Below are positions 26,015-39,172 of a stretch of 64,000 nt of DNA, piece by piece. The notes beneath the pieces are model-generated. The model worked only from the letters and a program-made list of their open reading frames with translations. It was not told where the DNA came from and did no database searches. The first letter of the stretch is position 1, and each line of letters begins with the position of its first letter. The stretch is from assembly GCF_000002075.1 (NCBI RefSeq), contig NW_004797348.1, positions 113,116-177,115 on the forward strand, given 5' to 3'. A program made the translations under genes and the position numbers. The DNA comes from Aplysia californica (lineage: Eukaryota).

Positions 26015-26223
26015 AGGTCTCCAAGCCAGGTGGCCCGCTACGCTCGGCCCGTACCCCACGGGCCTCGTCAGCTGCTGGCCGGGCAAAGGGGGGCCACCCT
26101 GCATCTAGCAGGGGCTCCCTGGAGGAGATAACCAATCAAATATTTGAGGACTTAATGAGAGGGAAAAGCCAGGTGGCCCATGGCTTTGACGAGCTTGGGG
26201 TTCTGGAATTAGACAAAAGCAAG
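26015..26223 (+). CDS. RGS12: RGS12-like exon 11
   Basis: ttgttctaacag|AG...AAG|gtaggg. GC-rich open frame encoding SLEEITNQIFEDLMRGK; phase 1 to 0. Confidence 0.87.
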
Positions 26224-28668
26224 GTAGGGGGCTCTTGAGCCTTGCTGGCAGTTAAGTAGAATGCTTCGGAGAGAGGGTAGTCTTGCAAGCTGCAACACTT
26301 ATGACTGTAAGACAATTTAAAATGTCTTAGTGTTCACAGATATTTTATTTCGTTCAGATCTTTATTCTTATCTTCGAAATAATTTGAGTCTGTGCTTTAT
26401 GCTCCTCATGTATTGCAACTGTATACTTTGTATTGCGAGCTCAAGCTAAACATTTCCCTATAATAGCTACAAAAGATATGCACTGTAGTCAATATTATGC
26501 TCTTCTTGCTTGATAAAGACACCCCCCCCAACGCAACATATCCATTGTAATGTGGTAATATCGTACTCTGAAAGTAACAACATACTGATGCTGGTTTAAG
26601 TTGCAAGTCACATATTGGCTTTTGAATAAGTAAAGCTGCTATGAATGTGAATTGAGACTTACACCAATCATATAATGTACCCATCATTATATAATAATTC
26701 ACCCAATATACATGACTCATTGGCAAACAAGGAGAATATCTGTGTGCCTCAAGTTTCAAAGGCCCAAATTTACAATTTTTCAAATCCATGTTGTATGTAA
26801 ACAATTTCGTGAGTAGAAGTATTATTTACTTATACAGCATCAAATGGTTGAAACTGATTCTCTTCAACTGTATTTTATCTGGGGGTTTTTTAAGAAGAAA
26901 AATGTTAACATATTTCAACTAAGAAATCCCTTTATGAGTGGGTTAAGCTAAGGACTTAAAATGTGTATGCCTAAAAGTTTATAGTGGGTTGTTGTTTCAG
27001 AAAATTCACCACAGTTAAAATTTATTGACATGGGAGAATGTATAACATCCATCTGTCATAAGCTAATAGATCTAGCATTTCTGAGCTTACAACACTTGTT
27101 TTTGTTTCAGATTCTCTGAAAAGTATGAGAGTTATATATACAAATCAATTGATACATTTGTTTAAATGATGTGGTTAGTGCAAGTTAGTCTTATTAAGAT
27201 GTCAAGGGGTGTCGTAAAATACAGTTAATTCTGTTTCTATATTTCCTTTCGTGCCCAAGTTGTTGTTATTTTCTGGGCATCCCCTATTTTTAAAAATTTT
27301 ATTATACCTTCAGGGTGAAAAAGAAGTAATGACCTCTGTGCTTGTGGCAAGATGCTCAAAATGTGACAGTTTCTTGTAGGGAAAACATTCTTCCTCAAAA
27401 GTTTTTGAGCTCCTATCTGGAGTTTTCTGTGGCTCTTATTGTTTTCATGTGAAATAATATGAATGTTATTTTCATATGAAAATATGGCAAAAGATGTTAA
27501 CGTTTCACTTTTCACATTGTCATGAAAAATATTCAACATAATAACCTGCGCAAGCAAAGACTTGGTCTGTTTCTTTCATAGTTTTAGAGATTTTAACCAC
27601 TTGAAAATGCTATCTTCTCAGTTTAGATTTTTGGCTGGTCTTATTTGGCAATGAGTCGTGTGTATTTATGTGTACTAATATATATCTATATTTACATTAG
27701 CCCCTTGAAAGGTATTATATGCCAGTCTTAAGGTTATTGCAGCTGTGATTGATTTGTATAAAGTCAATTGTTGTCCAGTCATGTATCTGTGGAATATGTG
27801 TTTTATATTGACTGCAGATGAAATGTTTACCTGATATGTACCCAAGTGACTTTGTTGATGCATGCACAGCTTTTCTGAATGTTTGTTGAGAATGGATGGA
27901 GATTGTTGACACTTACCACTGGTGGAGGGATGTCAGTGAATTATAACCTCTGTTCAGCCATGTACAATAGGCTGCTAGAAGTCTCATTATTAAGTTAACC
28001 TGCCATGTGTCCTTTAGTTTCTTATATTTCAGACAAGTAAAATATTTTTTTTTTATCTCACAATAGTTCTGTTTTAGAAAAAACCCTGTCTTTAAGTTAG
28101 TTTCCTACTTTCATCTCCACTAAAGACCCATGCTGCTAATGTCTTAATTTGGACCTGTCTTTCTTTTTTCTTCAGAATTGTGCTTGATTTGAAGATTTTT
28201 TTGGTTTGAAGACTCTTTTTTTTTCCATCTACTTTTGACATAGCTGTCCCTTTCTGGAGTCTTCTTGTTCAATGCTTTAGGGACCGTTCTTGTGTCATTA
28301 TTCTTCCGTAGAATTAAAAGATCCCAGCATTTACTTTGCAGAACATCAAGCTGAATAAAATGAACTCTCGACTTATTAGCTGCACGCTTTTAGAAATGTG
28401 CTTTAGTATTTTAATTTAGTTGTAAACATTTGTTAATGAATGCCTTATAAAAAGATCTTACCAACCTTGTGCACATTGCTGCTCACACAGGGTTGAGGAT
28501 TTTTTCTTGTTTGCCATGCATGTTTTGTCATAAAGCCTGGGCACCTCTGTTCTTCAGGGAGATGAATGATATTGAATGATATATTTGCAGCACCAACTAC
28601 CTAAGTGTAATTTTGTACGCTTGGAAATGTTTTGTATCTATAATAACCTTTTATAAACCTTTATTCAG

Positions 28669-28831
28669 GGTCACAAAAACGAAGAGGTGCGTTCTTCGGG
28701 CTTATTCGCCCTTCTGAGAAGAGAGTCAGTGGGGCAAAAAGACAACCGCAAGGGCAACAAGACGAAGAGCAAGGTTACGTTTACTCTGCCCAGTAGCGAG
28801 AATCGGAGGACAAGTAGCAGTGTTGAAGAGG
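28669..28831 (+). CDS. RGS12: RGS12-like exon 12
   Basis: ctttattcag|GGT...GAGG|gtaggt. Encodes GHKNEEVRSSGLFALLRRESVGQKDNRKGNKTKSKVTFTLPSSENRRTSSSVEE; phase 0 to 1. Confidence 0.85.
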
Positions 28832-29974
28832 GTAGGTTTAGGGCAAGACGTCCTTTGTAGATTTGTCTGTCTCTTATTTTTCAATGACGGGACAAACTCA
28901 TGTGATCATGCTGGGGTAGGCTGTCGTACCCCAAATTTTGTCTTCCATGTCCATGGGTGGTTAATTGACGCTCTGTTATTGTTCCCTTCTGTTACTTTTT
29001 TTGCTTTTTACGATTGATGACATTTGGTCTAAAGGGGGCCTATCTTTAATTTTGGAGGACAAAAATGGGTAGTTGTATCATGTGGGGCTACAGTCTATTG
29101 AATTCAATAAAAATAGTTTTTTTGGTGTGTTTTTCATTGAATTTATTCCAGTGGAATTATGCCTCCTGTTAGAGCTTACCCCCTTAAGTAAAATTGTCTT
29201 TTTTCTTCTTAGGGGAATGTGAACTATTACATTGACATGCTGTAAATTGCAGCTCTACCCAGTTCAAGTCCAGTTGGAAACCTCCATGTTCAGCCACTGA
29301 TAGCCTTGTATTTTCTTATGATCTCAGAACAGGAGCTAGTTTATTCTTTGCTGAAAGATCACATTTTAAAATATTTTTTTTTGGGGGGGGCGGGTTGTTG
29401 TACTTGAAAGAGAGTGGTCAAAATATTGGGTATTCTGATGGTTATCAGTGACACCATTGGTCTTTGTGTTAGTGTAGGCAGTTTTTTGTTTTGTTACTTG
29501 GTTTATAACATGAGGTGTTATCTTTATAAGTATTTCAATTATAAATCATTCGACAATGAAAGTCCTAATGTTTATCAGTTCAACACTTCTGGGGGTTTTT
29601 TGTGTTAAAAAAGAAAATTAAAAATAAGATAAACGTTATCAACTGAGCTGGTGACTGTCTAAGCTCAAAGTTTACCTCAAACTTTTTAGGCTCACTGTCC
29701 CAAGTCAGATTTTTACTCTTGTTCAAGATTAACAGTTCTCTAACTGTGTATTGTTAGTTGCTTTGGGAGTTCAGCTTGTAAGTCTTACTACATTATCAGA
29801 CCCTTTGTATTAATTCAGAATCAAACAGCTGGCCTGAAAATGTTGCATAAGTTCCAATCCCTGAAGAAATAAAAAGAGAAAATGTTCAGTCTTGTAGTAT
29901 GGCACATGGATAGTCTCGGTCACTAATGACACAGTGACTCTTCTTTTTGATAACTTTTGTATCTCTTCTTGCAG

Positions 29975-31542
29975 ATGAACGGTTGTTTGAGATGCTGTCT
30001 AATGCTCAGAGGATGCGACTGGAGGAGCAGCGGGGTGTCCACATCTCTACAGGTGACCTGCCCTCATTTCTGTGCCAGGACCACCGGGACAATGAACGCC
30101 ACATGGACGCAGTGGAGGAGGTTTTCCTTCATGGATCTGGCACATCGCACCCAAATGTTTCCAGCATTATTGACAGTGCAGATAGAAAGTCTAAAGTGGA
30201 CGTTGTTGATGGGAGCCGGCCTTCCTCCACGTCTTCTTTGCCTACTAAACCTGATCAGAGCTTGGTCACGCCCATTGACAGCAAAAAGACACGCCCCCTC
30301 AGTACACCAGCTTCTGATAAGTGGAAAGGTCACCCTGACCGTGGATTTAGTCAGAACGGTATCATTCCATCTCCTAGGGTAGCTACGGAGCTCTTCAGAA
30401 TGTCTCCTGTGGTGGTAGACGCTAAGAACAACACAGTGGCACAGTCCCATGACGCTACAACCTCCATGGCTCGGCATCCCTCTACAGCCCAGTCTTTTGA
30501 TAACACAGAGACTTCCCAGAGAAGGACAGACAGCAGTAGACTAGCAGGCAACTTGGCCTGTCACTTCTCTGATTCCCATTCATTTCGCCCACTGCACAGA
30601 TATGGCAATGCAGTCAAAGCTCCTGTTGTATCGCCAGAAAAGTTTTCTCCTGAGAGCAAGAAGTTGAGGAGCAGTCCAGATACTCAGAACATTTTGTTAC
30701 CCAACAAAGTCTCTCCTAACACTCGGTCGTCTTCAACATCTTCTAGTGTGTCTTCGGGGAACAATCAGAACTCCAGGGTGTCACCCAATGTTGGGACTTC
30801 CCCTAGTGCAGTGTCGTCAGCACCACAGGGAAAAACTGTCCACCGTCTTTCAGACACAATGCTGGTGCAAAAACTACAGCAAGCATGGAAGGAGAAGGAG
30901 AACAGACAGGTGGGTTCTGTCAACCAAAGGAACCAAGAGTCTGGTGCTTTTCAGAATGGTAAAGGTATTCATATGAGAAAATCTGTGTCGGAAGTTGAAG
31001 GGCAATTGTTCACCAAAGTGCAAGCTAGTGCTAGGAGGGCTGGTCCCAACGGTGCGGCTGCTCCGCAGTACAATGACTTAGCACAAAGAGCGCTTCTTTC
31101 TCCAAGATTTGACCAAAGCTCTCCGCAGCAAAGACATTTTGCTCAAGTGTCTGGACGTACATCTCCCTCTCAGGGTGCCACAGCACGAGCAGTCCTGTCA
31201 CCTCGTCAGCAACATCATCCTATGGCAAAGCATTCAGACTCCACACCGCAGCGATCTAGTAGGACTTCACCTCGGATGTCGCCCACAGCTGTCGCCGCTC
31301 AGATGGCGTTGATCTCTCCTAGATACTCTATGGTCACCACAAGTGCTACGTTGGCTGGACCGACACAGACACTTTCATCGTTTGCTCCGCCTACTGTCAG
31401 CCACAGAGATCCCCCAATTGTTGCTGGGACTCCAAGAAATGGGGGTCCCTCCCCCCACATTCACAACCACCACCCTCCCTACAGAGCACCTCCTGCCTAT
31501 GCTGGTGGGGAGGCTGCTGAGGAAACTGTGACTTTTGTATGA
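29975..31542 (+). CDS. RGS12: RGS12-like terminal exon 13 (GoLoco motif, disordered tail, C-terminal PDZ-binding motif)
   Basis: ctcttcttgcag|AT. GoLoco motif DERLFEMLSNAQRMRLEEQRG with an intact E-Q-R triad. Ends ETVTFV-stop (vertebrate RGS12 ends ATFV). Confidence 0.93.
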
Positions 31543-32771
31543 CCTTGCTCTAGACACATTATTATATTGCAATTGCTAGACTTGATGGGATAGCTCTCCC
31601 AGATGTAAAAATGTAAAAATTATCAATTTTCTACCAAATGCTTTTAAGAACTTACAACGATCCCTTAGACATCGTCTATGGAAGGAGTATATTTTTTAAA
31701 CTTTGTATGGGATTGGCTTGAAGAAGAGTATGATTGTTGTAAATATTTTTTTTCTTGAGATGCTGCAAGAAATAGTAGAAACACAGCGTAAGGACTGATA
31801 CAGTTACGCTTCATAAAATCTTTTTAGCGACAGGTTTTTAAAAAAAAAGCAAGCTTTACATCTCTATTTTTATGATTTTTCTTTTTTAAACAGTGAAACA
31901 GTTTTATACTTATTTTATCAGACTGTTATATTTCAGGACCAAGGATGAAAGGATTTTGGCAAGTTCTGTTTTTTGTAACATTGTTGTCGATAGTAAGTTT
32001 CTAATGGACAGTCTTGTTTTGCTTACGTGAACCATAATCTCATTCTCTGAACATTTTTACATTTTTAGATTATGAATTATTATCACCAAATGAGTTGTGC
32101 TGAGTCCCAATTTTAAGCACATTTTGTAAAATACAGCTTTATTGTGCAGCTTTTTTAAGCAGACTCCTGTCTCAGTATATCTGGTCCTTTGCTTGATGCT
32201 ACAGATGAAATATCAGTGCCCAGAGCTGGTGTCTAATGAACAGTCGTTTCAGCATCTTTCTTCCTATAATGGTTGTATCACTGATTGACACTTACAGTAG
32301 ACGGTTTTTGAAAAATATTTTATATTGAAGTGCATTTTTAACTTACGTCTTTTGTGTTGTCTCTTATTTTTCAGCAAATTTCTGTGTCCCTTGTTGGGTG
32401 TAATTATTTATCTAATTGATGGCCATGGGAGTTGATATTTCATGTATATATTGAAACTTTAAAAATGTGTTATTCACATATACAGATATTTATATATTTT
32501 TAAAATAGTCACTTTTTCTCTTCAAGTTATTACTTCTGTCCCACCATGCATCCTGCTTCAAATCATGTTGTGTAGTTGTGATGTTGTCTTAGTAAGTTTG
32601 CCAGCTACAATGCTCCACAGACTTCTCTGTTTTCCTTGAAAAGTGTTGTGAGTGAATTTGGTTTTTATTGATGGCAATGGGCAATGTTCATTGTTGTGAT
32701 GTCCATTGCCTCATAAATATATTGATTTTATTCGGCATTTGTAAATGCTTGTGCCAGTCATAACTTGCAGG

Positions 32772-32942
32772 GTGGGTGGTTGGTGGGTGCTCTGGTTTGG
32801 TTTACTCCTTATTTCCTATCAAACATCTATCGTCCTGTTCTTTTCTTCTTTTTTTGTGTTTGTTACTCTCTTGTAACACCTCTAATCTTCGGCATTTTTT
32901 CCTTATTGTGTTGCAAGTGCGGTAAAACTCTTACTAAAATAA
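32772..32942 (+). mobile_element. SINE-like family A copy (in putative RGS12 3' UTR)
   Basis: Same 5' end and core; TSD AA(C/T)TTGCAGG at 32762-32771 and 32943-32952. Confidence 0.8.
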
Positions 32943-33370
32943 AATTTGCAGGGAGCAGGGGATTGAACATGGGGACCCACCGACAGGTCTTTTTTCTTTA
33001 CTATCTCTCTGTCATTTCTATCTGTCTGTCATGCTGTTTTCCAGCTCTAAATGAGGGTTTTTGTGTGTCACTGTTTTTCTCTTTTACTGAAATGAACTTG
33101 CAGATTCATGCCTTTGCATTTATTTTGCTGTCTGAACTTACTATTTCTTTGAAAATACTCCTATGGATATTGGTACTTTTTCATTTGTCTAGATAGTTGT
33201 AGATTCATAAGTTCACAGGATAGTATAAGACTTTATAGCCTACTCTCTGTCATTTGTAGATCTCACCATTTTTATGAAGAACGTGTTTTGCAGATTAGAA
33301 ATACATCTTTACAACTGTTATTGTGAGTCGATGTCAGAGCCCTGTAATGTGTCCTTTTCTTTAGTTGTGA

Positions 33371-33552
33371 GTGGGTGGTTGGGTGATGAATATTTGGTGT
33401 GGTTTGCTCGTTCCTTCCTATCAAACATCTGTCGTCCTTTTTTCTCCTTCCTTTTTTGTGTTTGTTTTTCTTTTGTAACAACTCTAATTTTCAGCTTTTT
33501 TTATATGACCTTATTTTGGTGCAAATGCAGTGAAACTTTTACTGAAACAAAA
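33371..33552 (+). mobile_element. SINE-like family A copy (in putative RGS12 3' UTR)
   Basis: Same 5' end and core; perfect 10-bp TSD TTAGTTGTGA at 33361-33370 and 33553-33562. Confidence 0.8.
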
Positions 33553-35789
33553 TTAGTTGTGACTGATCACATGAACTTGATATGAAAGAGAAGAAGCATC
33601 GTGGGAATATTTGAGGGTGCCTTGGGTGGATTTATTTCTAGTTCTTCCCTATTTCACTGATTTAAAGGGGAAGATACAAGGTTCCAACATCGAAGTATTG
33701 ATCTATGAATTGGTCTGACATGGGCTTACTTGCCAACAGCGAATATTTATGTGTGCGTATTCTATTTTCTGCTAAAAACTGTATTGCTTCAAAAACATGG
33801 AATATACGCCATAAACACAATGGGAGCCTCCTTTGTTTAGACATTTTTAACGCAAATGTCATTCTTTAAAGCAGACAATAAATACTGTCTTGTGTGTGAA
33901 ATTATATGTGACTCACTTGTGTTGTGGTGGGAAAATCTTACAAATTCTGCTTGTGGAATATACTACTATATATCTCTAGTTTGAATAAAGATTCAACTGA
34001 ACTAGCAGGACTAATGGCGTTACTCAAAAGAAGTCGGATAACACACTTCCTTCGTACCCCTTATGTGATGTAAGAGGGATTGATTCAACAGATGGAAGCT
34101 TCAACAGAATAAAAACTACGACCCTTCCTTCCCCCACGAAGTCAAGTTTTTGATAAAAGTTCACAGACTTAATTTTTTCTGGGTTGGTTCAATTAGTTCA
34201 GTATGCAATTTTCCGAAAAGTCGGGATTGTATGTCTATGAGAGAGATGTCCCCTCACATCTGTCATAATTGTCCTAGAGTTTGGTGCCGAATGATGTTTG
34301 TACATTTAGTTTAGCATCTTCCATTTTTCTGTATGGTATCCCAGGTATATCCACAGCCCTTCTTGTTCATGTTCAACTTGTCAGTCAAAAGTTAGTCCCT
34401 CATGTTTCCTTTCTGATAGTGATCCAGATTTCATCAATACCGGTAGGTGCTTAAGTTGTCGACTCTGGCATGGTCAGTAAATATGATGACCTGGCTTTTG
34501 ATGAGAGTTTGTGTGTGCGTGTTCGTGCATTATTATATCATTGCATTGGTGTGTCTTTGTGTGAGAGAGAAAGAAAGAGAAATTTGAGACTGACTAAAAT
34601 CTTTCATTCCCATTCTACAATTGACCAGAGTGGATAAAATGTTTTCCTGTTGGCGAATAAAACTTTTTAAAAAGGTTCATGTTACTTTCCCACCGTGACT
34701 TGTTACATCCTCACAAGAGAAATCAAAGTTTAAGTGACATTATCAAAATAGACGGTGGATGAGTGGCCATTGCAGGATCTTTAGAGAAACTTGGGCAGGT
34801 TGGTGTTTCACATCACCTAATATGATTGCCAATATCTGCAAGATCTTTTGCTGAGGCATGTATCATTTGTACATGATTTGTTGGAGCCAGTATTTGGTTA
34901 TATTATGTGATGCTGCCACGATGCATGCCTGACACTGACTACGCAGAATGGTTTTTCAAGCTGAGATCTTTCACATGTTAACACTCTTGGTGCCTTGTTC
35001 TCTGTTTATATTTGATATTCTGCAGAATGTTCTGTATCATCTTTCATATATTCTGTCTGTTGTTTCTGTCTCTTCTTTTTTTCTACATTTCTAGCTCAAT
35101 ATAATCATCATTGTGTCAATTTGTTTCTCTGCAGTTTAAACGAACTTGAGATGCACACTTGAGCAGTTTTGTGAATATTGAGGGGAGTGGAGAGCTCTCT
35201 GTCAGAACAAGAAGTAAATTTTTATACCATTATGATTGTGTGTGTTTGTTGAGTTTTATTCTTTGAGTTGAATTATTGTTGAATTTGAAAAGTCTTGTTG
35301 GTGTCTTGACCTCACGGGTGTATGTTTTCAGTTCCCCCCAAAAATGGGGATACTCCATAAACTAAACTATGATATTTTGATACTTTGTGGGACTGAGATG
35401 AGCCGAGTGAGAGATAAAAATATTTCAAAGTAATGAGGTGTACCACTGTTTTTGATGCATGTTTCCTGTAGGGACATTCATTCACAGTACAGTTTGAGTT
35501 TTCCAGCTATCTAGCTACATGATACCATTTTTCAATTGAATTGAATTCAATTTTTTTCCTAGATACTAGTTGGTCCATTGTATAATCTGAGTCTTAAAAC
35601 CTTTCAACAGACATAGGTCCATCTCGCCTACCTTGCTTTGTCTGTATTGTCACTCACTGCACAATATAGTCAATGCAAATAAATTCAACCAGTTGGATGT
35701 AAATATAATGTGTCACACCTCAGTGACATAGGGCACTTGTCAGTATTTGAGCACAGAGTTTGTGATATCATCTTACTTAAATCTCGTTA

Positions 35790-37099
35790 CAGTGAAAACC
35801 ATGGACCATATACAGTCGAACCTGCCATGACGGCCTCCTCTATAAATATGACCACCTGTACATTTCCCCCCTATCGTTTTTTCTAATTTAACTGTGTAAA
35901 ACGGGCACCTGTCCAACGCGGCTGCGGCACCTTATTTTACCACACAACCCCTATAACACCAAACAATAACACCTGTCTTAAACGGTCACCTTAGTGACTC
36001 CATTACGTTTTGTCATAAATCATGCATCGGCCCTTGGCGTTGTGGGCGAGCCGTCATTCATAATCCATTCCCCTGTCGTTATTGTTAGGTAGTCTCTCCA
36101 ACCGATCATGTTGCGTAGGCCCCTCCCACTGTTGACCAATAGGAAACACATTTTCAGCTGCAGGTGAGGAAAGCATGTGATCCCTCATAACCGACACGTG
36201 TTTTCAGCACGTCTCGCTCATCATAACCCATAAGCCCCATCCAGAACTCGTACACCAATAGTAAGTGAGAGGAGTGGTCACTGTTTACCCAATCTGTAAC
36301 AAAGTAACAATGGACGTCAACATGAACTTGTGACAGAAGCGTCGCTCGTTCTCTGTGTGGTGGCGACCCATGTGTTTGTTTTACCATAGCACTCGGTCCT
36401 TGTCTGACACATTTTGTTTTATTGTCACTCTTGCACAAAAGCAGCAACAGAAAAAACCCCCAAAAAACCCCCCAAAACTGAGCGAAAACAACTACAATAA
36501 CAACAACAATGCGGCTACCTTTGGTTGGGACCTCAGAAAGGAATGGGTTTTTTTTTTCTTCATCTTGATCAGTCCTGCCTAAGACGGCCACCTGTCTTAT
36601 ACGGCCACTTTTCTCCTTGACAATAGGTGGCCGTCTTACACAGGTTCGACTGTAGAACAGGCCCGGTAATAACGGATCCGATAATAACGGATTTTTAAAA
36701 TCCTTGTTTTTTCCTACTCTTTGTCTCTGTTAAAAGCTATCGGCAATAACAGGGCCTCACTGGATCTCAAACAATTATAGCTGGGACAAAGGCTCGTTAA
36801 CAATGTGTAAAAAGTGAGAGAGAGTGAGTAACACAGTGATGGAGCCCACACAGCGGGAGAAGTGAAACAAGAGGGGGCTGCGGTGTGCTGCAGACTTTGA
36901 TCTAGTCCTAAGCCTGGCTACACATACGCGCAATGTGTCATGTGCAGGGTACATGTGGCAAGGGAAACTACCCATGAATGAATACAGCTGGATTAGTCCA
37001 CAAATGCTTACTTCCCTTGCATTTCTGATTTAACAGGCACCTGATATAACATGACTTTTTCTCTGGTCCCACCATCCCTGTTATTTCAGGTTTCCACTG
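35790..37099. mobile_element. older Tigger-like MITE hosting the 35813-36652 element
   Basis: TA-CAGTGAAAACC ... GGTTTCCACTG-TA (1 mismatch), with internal ATAACGGA repeats. Confidence 0.55.
35813..36652. mobile_element. pogo/Tigger-like (Tc1-mariner) MITE, nested
   Basis: Perfect 12-bp TIR CAGTCGAACCTG/CAGGTTCGACTG, TA on both sides, and subterminal ACGGCCACCTGTC-type repeats. Confidence 0.8.
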
Positions 37100-37263
37100 T
37101 ATTTTTTTTTCTTCTGGCAAAAACAAACAAACCCCAACCTTTCAATCTTGAATGATGAGATATCTTTCATTGAAGGAGGTGATGGGTCACTGGAGAGGTA
37201 ATATTAGCGGAAAATGGCTGCCAAAATGTGGTGACTTTCACAGGAGTCTGCCAAACTAAGGGA

Positions 37264-37713
37264 TATGTGAGGCAGTGTGGTGAAATCAGACGCTCGTCAA
37301 AATAATGAAAGTGAAGAAAGTGGTAATTTTTCCGCAGGTTTGGGAATTTTTGTAAGTTTTGCTTTTTGGCTCAACACCTTTCATGTTCTTTAAAAAACAT
37401 CTCTTTTTGGGGTTTTACTGAAAAACGTTGCTTAAAGCCACAAAAATTGTAAATTTTTATTTTCTGCGGACTCTCAAGCTAAGGAAATAACTTAACCTTT
37501 GGTGGCCATTTTCTTGCAAATTTGACCCCTGAAACCAGGTGACCCCCACCTCCTTTAATTGCCAATATCTTGACTTGTATCTAAGGTAGATAAATGGATA
37601 TTTTTTTCATAGAAACCTCGACAAATGAGCAAGGTTGAAGTTGAAGATGATACCAATAACCCCAAATGCCTAAAAATTGACGAGAACCTGATTCCACCAC
37701 ATCGTAACTCATA
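37264..37713. mobile_element. non-autonomous DNA transposon family B, copy 1
   Basis: ~36-bp imperfect TIR, TATGTGAGGCAGTGTGGTGAAATCAGACGCTCGTCA / TGACGAGAACCTGATTCCACCACATCGTAACTCATA. Colinear with 45104-45538. Confidence 0.7.
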
Positions 37714-38445
37714 GTTTAATCAGTGAAAATCACTGGAGACAAACTCCAAAATTTCACCAAGCAGGACCTTCAAAGCGCAAGGGTAGGACTTCTCTTTAAC
37801 CTCAATCCAACACAATATCTCTACAGAAGTAAGGAGAATGTTGAGGGGTGGGATAAAAACTGTATTTATCGATCTGGAGTTGTCAAACATTGGCAAGTTG
37901 AAACATGCTGCCATCCAGCACACAATCCAGTTGCTAGACAAAGGAATTTAATTAATTTAAAACACCTTGTGGGTGATGGTCCTCTGGTGTGGTCTGCTCC
38001 TTCTATCCTACAAAAAATTTATTGACCTTATCTCTCCTCCATTTCTTAGTATATATATATATATATATGTTACTCTTAGTTCCTAGGAAACATCTCTAAA
38101 CTTGGGCACTTATATTAGTTATATGGCCTATTGTGTTACAAGCAAAAACCGTGTAAACCAAGATGTTTCAATTGCCCGCGCGAGACTTGGACGCTACCTG
38201 TAGCTAGCGTGTGACGGCTCGTGATACGAGCATAAACAAACCTTCTGGCGTTCTTGAGTTGAATGTNNNNNNNNNNNNNNNNNNNNNNNNNNNNNNNNNN
38301 NNNNNNNNNNNNNNNNNNNNNNNNNNNNNNNNNNNNNNNNNNNNNNNNNNNNNNNNNNNNNNNNNNNNNNNNNNNNNNNNNNNNNNNNNNNNNNNNNNNN
38401 NNNNNNNNNNNNNNNNNNNNNNNNNNNNNNNNNNNNNNGGAGAAC

Positions 38446-38485
<40 letters not shown>

Positions 38486-38997
38486 AGTGGAAGTGTTTGT
38501 TATTATAATAAGAATTATCGTTTCCTGTCATTTTCTACCTGCGAGAGTTTTCAGGCTGACTCGGTGCTATACAGTCATTATTGTACACATATGACCATAG
38601 TCCCACCTTCTGTTTCCCATCTCTCACCTCTTGTTTCCCATGCACCGCATCCAATTTTCCATATCCCATATCCCAACTTTAATTCTGTAAGCGTGCTTCG
38701 TTTTCTTTCATCTCATGAGTTGGAACGCCTGAAGCAGGCCAAAATATTAAATAATTTTTATACATAACTGTTGCCAATGTCCAAATCAGATGTGCTGTTC
38801 AAGCACAAGTTTTCAACAGTTTCATTTAATACTGTGTTATTCGGAATAAAGGTTTGGTCTCCATGAGATTTCTTTGATGTGTCCTCTTCGGAAACGAGTT
38901 TATTTTTTTACTTTCCCTAACTTACAATTCACCCAGCACGACTACAGGGGTCCAAAATATAATATTAAGATGTCACTTTGGTCAGAATCAAACTTTC

Positions 38998-39172
38998 GTG
39001 GTGGGTGCTCTGGAGTGGTTTGCTTCTTCTTTCCTATCAAACATATGTCGTCCATATCTCCCCTTCTTCTTTTTTATGTTTGTTACTCTCTTGTAACATC
39101 TCTAATCTTCTGGCGCTCATATGACCTTGTGCAGTTGCGAACAAATCCTCTACTAAAAAAACAAAACAAAAA
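38998..39172 (+). mobile_element. SINE-like family A copy (slightly 5'-truncated)
   Basis: Core CTCTCTTGTAACATCTCTAATCTTCTGGCGCTCATATGACCTT and an A-rich tail; TSD AAACTTTC at 38990-38997 and 39173-39180. Confidence 0.8.

Noticed and set aside
27248-27560. Possible degenerate MITE (TCGTGCCCAAGTTGTTG / AATAACCTGCGCAAGC); similar weak cases at ~6757-6836 and ~42863-43740
   Set aside because: The inverted repeats are too diverged or one-sided, and no TSD is visible.
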